The notes below the pieces were generated by a model, which was not told the DNA's origin, searched no databases, and worked only from the letters and a program-made list of their open reading frames with translations. Shown piece after piece: positions 31,867-35,245 of a stretch of DNA of 35,245 bases; positions within the stretch are counted from its first letter, which is position 1; every line of letters begins with the position of its first letter. The position numbers and the translations under genes were made by a program. Origin of the DNA: a virus (lineage: Duplodnaviria; Caudoviricetes); IMG/VR virus record IMGVR_UViG_3300005573_000201, positions 1 to 35,245 of that record; one strand, 5' to 3'.

Positions 31867-33567
31867 TTGTACGGGCTTAAATCGGAGGGGGAGACCTTCC
31901 CCGGATTGCCCATCGTGAATCGTGAAGGACGGAAGATCTTTTTCCGTCCCACGCCTCCCCAGGAGTATGCCCTTGAGAAAATGAAAGAGCAGGACGGGAA
32001 ACCTCTGAGGGTCGTCGTTTTGAAAAACCGTCAGGTGGGTTTTTCGACCTTGTTCCTGGTGCTGATGGTCGCCTATGCCCACCGGTATGCCCATCGGGAA
32101 TGCTATGCGGTGGCCCAGCTTCAGAAAACGGCGAATGTTCTCCGGGAACGGGCGGCCCGGATGTGGGAGACGCTGTATCACAAGACGATCAAGAAGGGAA
32201 CGACAAAGCAAATCCAGTTTCCGCATGATGGGGATGCATACAGCTTTTTGATTACGGATACCGCCGGTTCGCTGAAAGGAGGAAGAGGTCCGACGGCGCA
32301 TTCCCTGATGTTGACCGAAGCGTCCCGCTATCCCCCCGATTCGATCTCCACCTTCACCTCAGCGGTCGGATATCATCCGGAATCCATGATATTGATTGAG
32401 ACCACAGCGAACGGGAAGTCCGGCGACGGATATGACTATTATCATTTATGGCAAGCTGCGGAAGAAGGGAAGAATGAATATCTTCCCATTTTCATTCCGT
32501 GGACCATGGATAACGAATGTCGAAGGGTCATTCCGGATAATTTTGAACTGATCTCGGAATATGAGGAAGAGCTTCACCACGAACATCATCTTGAGTTCGA
32601 TCAGATTTATTTCCGAAGAATGAAGATCGACGGCGACTTTGCCGGAAATGAATCGAAATTCTGCCAGGAATTTCCGCTCACTCCTTCCGAAGCTTTTGTG
32701 TCCTCGGGAGTGAGAATCTTTTATATCGATGAAATAAAGGCCGTTGAGAAAACACTGGAAGATCCGATCACAGAAGGTATTTTTGAAATCGATACCCTGA
32801 AATTCCGGAAGAAAAAGGGAGGGTATTTACGGCTCTGGGAGGCCCCGATAGAAGGCCATAAGTACTACATCGGAGCGGACGCCGCCAAATGCGATGATGA
32901 GGATTCCGACTTCGCCGCCGCGGTCATGTGGAACGGAACGATGAAGACGCAAGCCTGCACCATCGAGGAACGTCTTGATCCGAAAGAATTTGCCTTTGTT
33001 CTGAATCTTCTTGGCCGATGGTACAACAATGCGATGCTCTCGGTTGAAATCACCGGCGGCTGGGGGAATCATGTCCAGATGGAACTGAAAGATTCCCTGA
33101 ATTATCCGAATCTCTATATATGGAAGGGAAAAAACGATTATGTCGGGATTAAGAAATCCCACAATTATGGATGGATGACGACCTTTTCATCCAGGAATGA
33201 TCTGATGAGCGTCTTCAAGGAATCCCTTCGGAATGGACTCATTGTGAAAGACGAGTCGCTGTTTTTGCAGATGGACAGCGCCGAACAGGAAATGGGGCTC
33301 CGATGGTCCGTTTCGAAAGGACATGATGATATACTGATGGCAGCCATGATCGGATGGATGGCCTGTTATCACTATCCCCCTCCCCGATACGTCGGATCAG
33401 AACGGTCAAAGATCCTGGATGACGAACCGGCGGACAGGGGATATATTCCTCCGGATGAGGCCTACTTGGTCAAGCATTTGTCCAAACTGAACAAATTGGT
33501 CCAGCGGGACGTGAAACGCAGGACTGTCATGGGTGGATCCGTATTGGCAAAAACCAAATACATCTAG
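31867..33567 (+). CDS. terL: Terminase large subunit
   Basis: Walker A variant VLKNRQVGFST, Walker B LMLTE, coupling motif ETT, RNase H-like YIGAD and GHDDILMA. The start may be ATT 31840. Confidence 0.92.
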   Translation: MYGLKSEGETFPGLPIVNREGRKIFFRPTPPQEYALEKMKEQDGKPLRVVVLKNRQVGFSTLFLVLMVAYAHRYAHRECYAVAQLQKTANVLRERAARMWETLYHKTIKKGTTKQIQFPHDGDAYSFLITDTAGSLKGGRGPTAHSLMLTEASRYPPDSISTFTSAVGYHPESMILIETTANGKSGDGYDYYHLWQAAEEGKNEYLPIFIPWTMDNECRRVIPDNFELISEYEEELHHEHHLEFDQIYFRRMKIDGDFAGNESKFCQEFPLTPSEAFVSSGVRIFYIDEIKAVEKTLEDPITEGIFEIDTLKFRKKKGGYLRLWEAPIEGHKYYIGADAAKCDDEDSDFAAAVMWNGTMKTQACTIEERLDPKEFAFVLNLLGRWYNNAMLSVEITGGWGNHVQMELKDSLNYPNLYIWKGKNDYVGIKKSHNYGWMTTFSSRNDLMSVFKESLRNGLIVKDESLFLQMDSAEQEMGLRWSVSKGHDDILMAAMIGWMACYHYPPPRYVGSERSKILDDEPADRGYIPPDEAYLVKHLSKLNKLVQRDVKRRTVMGGSVLAKTKYI

Positions 33568-33580
33568 GAGGTGCCCCCCC

Positions 33581-33998
33581 ATGGGGAAAGTCAAGATCCT
33601 GAACAAGAAAGATATGGACAAAGGAAGAAGAGAAGTCCAGAAAAGGGAAAGGACTGTTGCCATTAAAATGAATATTTCGGAAGGAGAAAAAATTGCCGCC
33701 GAAGCTGCGAAAAACGCCCGACTTGTCCCCGGAATCTTTAGTCCCGGATGGCTCTCCAATATTGAAAAAAATGTTTCTGGAACTGGCTGATGCGCTGGAA
33801 AAAAGAGACCCGAAAACCTATCTGAATTTGCAGGTCAATCTGGTGAGGGCCTTGGCTCCCCTGATTCAAACCAATCAAATTGATGTGGCGTCCGTTCCCA
33901 AGCTTTTGCTTGACCTCGAGAAATTAAAGTTGCAGGATACGGGGTCAGGACAGGGAGATATTATCCGAAGAGCGGTGTTGAACAATACCGCCAATTGA
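33581..33998 (+). CDS. Helical protein between terminase and portal, split by a frameshift in an A7 run (33581..33790 + 33771..33998)
   Basis: RBS AGGAGGT + ATG 33581. Removing one A from 33765-33771 gives a continuous 138-aa frame (...LSNIEKMFLELADALEK...). Confidence 0.55.
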
Positions 33999-34011
33999 AT
34001 GGGGGACTATT

Positions 34012-35245
34012 TTGGCTTACGGGAATACGACCTTCACGAATTATGCCAGAGAGCCACAGGTCATGGGACCCGTCCCCAAAGGCGTCCAGGACATGGTGCG
34101 GGAGATTCAGAACCTCAAGTCCAACGCCCAGGCATTCAAGGAAAAGAAACTCGGCGAAGGGTTTCTACAATGGGTCGAACAATTTTATTCCATGGAACGA
34201 GTTCCTTTTTCTGAATCCGGAACGGATACCGTCATCCCTCTCCTCCAGTATCTTTTTCTGATCGAAGCCTCCGATCTTACCGATACCATTCCTATATTCT
34301 ACATCCACAAAGAGGGAAGACAATCTTTTGAACGCCTGAAACAAGTGGAAAAGGTGATTCGGAATATCTGGAGAGAAGAAGACTGGAATCTTGAATTTCT
34401 CTCGGCCAGTTTATGGTCTCTCCTTGTGGGCGTGGGGTTTGTGGAGTTCGGACTGGATTCACAGGCCGATTCGGGAGAGGGGAAAGTCTGGGGACGATCC
34501 GTCAATCCCACCAAAATATTCGTTGATCCCCAATGTTCCACTTTGGACAATGCCTGGTACATGATGAAGGAAGACACCAAATACATTGATGAAATACGGA
34601 TTCTTTATCCGAACCATGCGGACGAAATATTGAAGAGAGCCAAAAAGGGCATCCCGGAGGTGACTCAGTTTGTGGGACTGGAAATGCCCATGGGCCCCAT
34701 GCGTTCGGTCTTCGGGGCGGATGTGACGCGCATGAAAGCGACGGATGGGGTTTTCTCTCTCAGAACCGTATGGGTCAAGGATTCGGCAACGATTGAATAT
34801 GAAGCGGAAGAAAAGGCCCGAAAGGCGGATGTTTCCGTCCGGAAGATCCTTCCGAATCCCAAAAAAATATTGAAATACCCGAATGGACGAATGATTGTGG
34901 AATGCGAGGGGACTATCCTTTACGATTCTCCCAACCCATACCGAACCTTTCCGTTTGCGGACATTCATGCGACTCCTCCCATTCAGGGATTTTGGAATCC
35001 TCCCCCCTTGAAGTTTTCCGCCTCCATTCAAAGCACGGCCCAGGAATTGATCAATCAACTGATGGACAACTGTTCCCGCTTGAACAAGGGAATTACCTAC
35101 ATCAAGGAAAATACGGAAATCAGCCAGGAAGACTTCATGGGTGTGGCGGGCGAAGTCCACTGGATTCCCGCCCAGGCAGAAATACCCGTGACGAAGTTCC
35201 CCGAACCGATGCCTCCACAGATGACGGATATCCCTTTCAAGATGA
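34012..35245 (+). CDS. Portal protein (P22-like), 3'-truncated by the window edge
   Basis: TTG 34012 after GGGGGA. Hand translation gives GVGFVEFG...RSVNPTKIFVDP...LDNAWYM...EIRILYP and ILYDSPNPY; directly downstream of terL; frame runs to the window end. Confidence 0.85.
   Translation, partial: MAYGNTTFTNYAREPQVMGPVPKGVQDMVREIQNLKSNAQAFKEKKLGEGFLQWVEQFYSMERVPFSESGTDTVIPLLQYLFLIEASDLTDTIPIFYIHKEGRQSFERLKQVEKVIRNIWREEDWNLEFLSASLWSLLVGVGFVEFGLDSQADSGEGKVWGRSVNPTKIFVDPQCSTLDNAWYMMKEDTKYIDEIRILYPNHADEILKRAKKGIPEVTQFVGLEMPMGPMRSVFGADVTRMKATDGVFSLRTVWVKDSATIEYEAEEKARKADVSVRKILPNPKKILKYPNGRMIVECEGTILYDSPNPYRTFPFADIHATPPIQGFWNPPPLKFSASIQSTAQELINQLMDNCSRLNKGITYIKENTEISQEDFMGVAGEVHWIPAQAEIPVTKFPEPMPPQMTDIPFKM

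Noticed and set aside
32415-32425. 11-nt match (GAAGTCCGGCG) of the unit-6 predicted target within terL
   Set aside because: Only the first 11 of 18 nt match contiguously, which is plausible by chance in 35 kb with nine guides.
1-35245. Host assignment (composition and frequent TCCGGA reminded me of Leptospirillum-type acidophiles)
   Set aside because: An impression only; it needs CRISPR-spacer, IS66 or k-mer matching. Only a Gram-negative host (spanins) is supported.

Overview
The window covers most of a podovirus-type (P22/T7-like morphogenesis) tailed phage genome, circularly permuted: it begins in a tail gene and ends inside the portal, and the capsid and scaffold genes lie outside it. 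Order: (+) tail, ejection and tail-fibre genes, with an embedded acyl-carrier-protein (ACP) + GNAT pair; (+) lysis cassette (SleB-type endolysin, two holin candidates, i/o-spanins); (-) early operon from a promoter at ~17.15 kb carrying two Sm-like proteins with GY- and RS-rich low-complexity peptides, YqaJ/RecT recombinase, and a nuclease-less Nop-domain TasA followed by a 9-unit, 36-nt dual-repeat TIGR guide-RNA array and a terminator; (+) Cro, PAPS-reductase-like, RusA, primase-helicase, iteron-containing initiator and DUF3987-like ATPase; an IS66 remnant; (-) a second early operon with a two-domain beta-clamp-like gene; an ~0.8 kb non-coding control region; (+) small Zn-binding genes, terminase large subunit and portal. 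I see no integrase, CI repressor, tRNA, rRNA or CRISPR array. Highlights: (1) a complete TIGR-TasA RNA-guided system; (2) an apparently dedicated ACP + acyltransferase module inside the ejection-protein cluster, suggesting lipidation of virion proteins; (3) Sm-like protein / low-complexity peptide pairs. All family calls come from motif recognition by eye; no database search was run.
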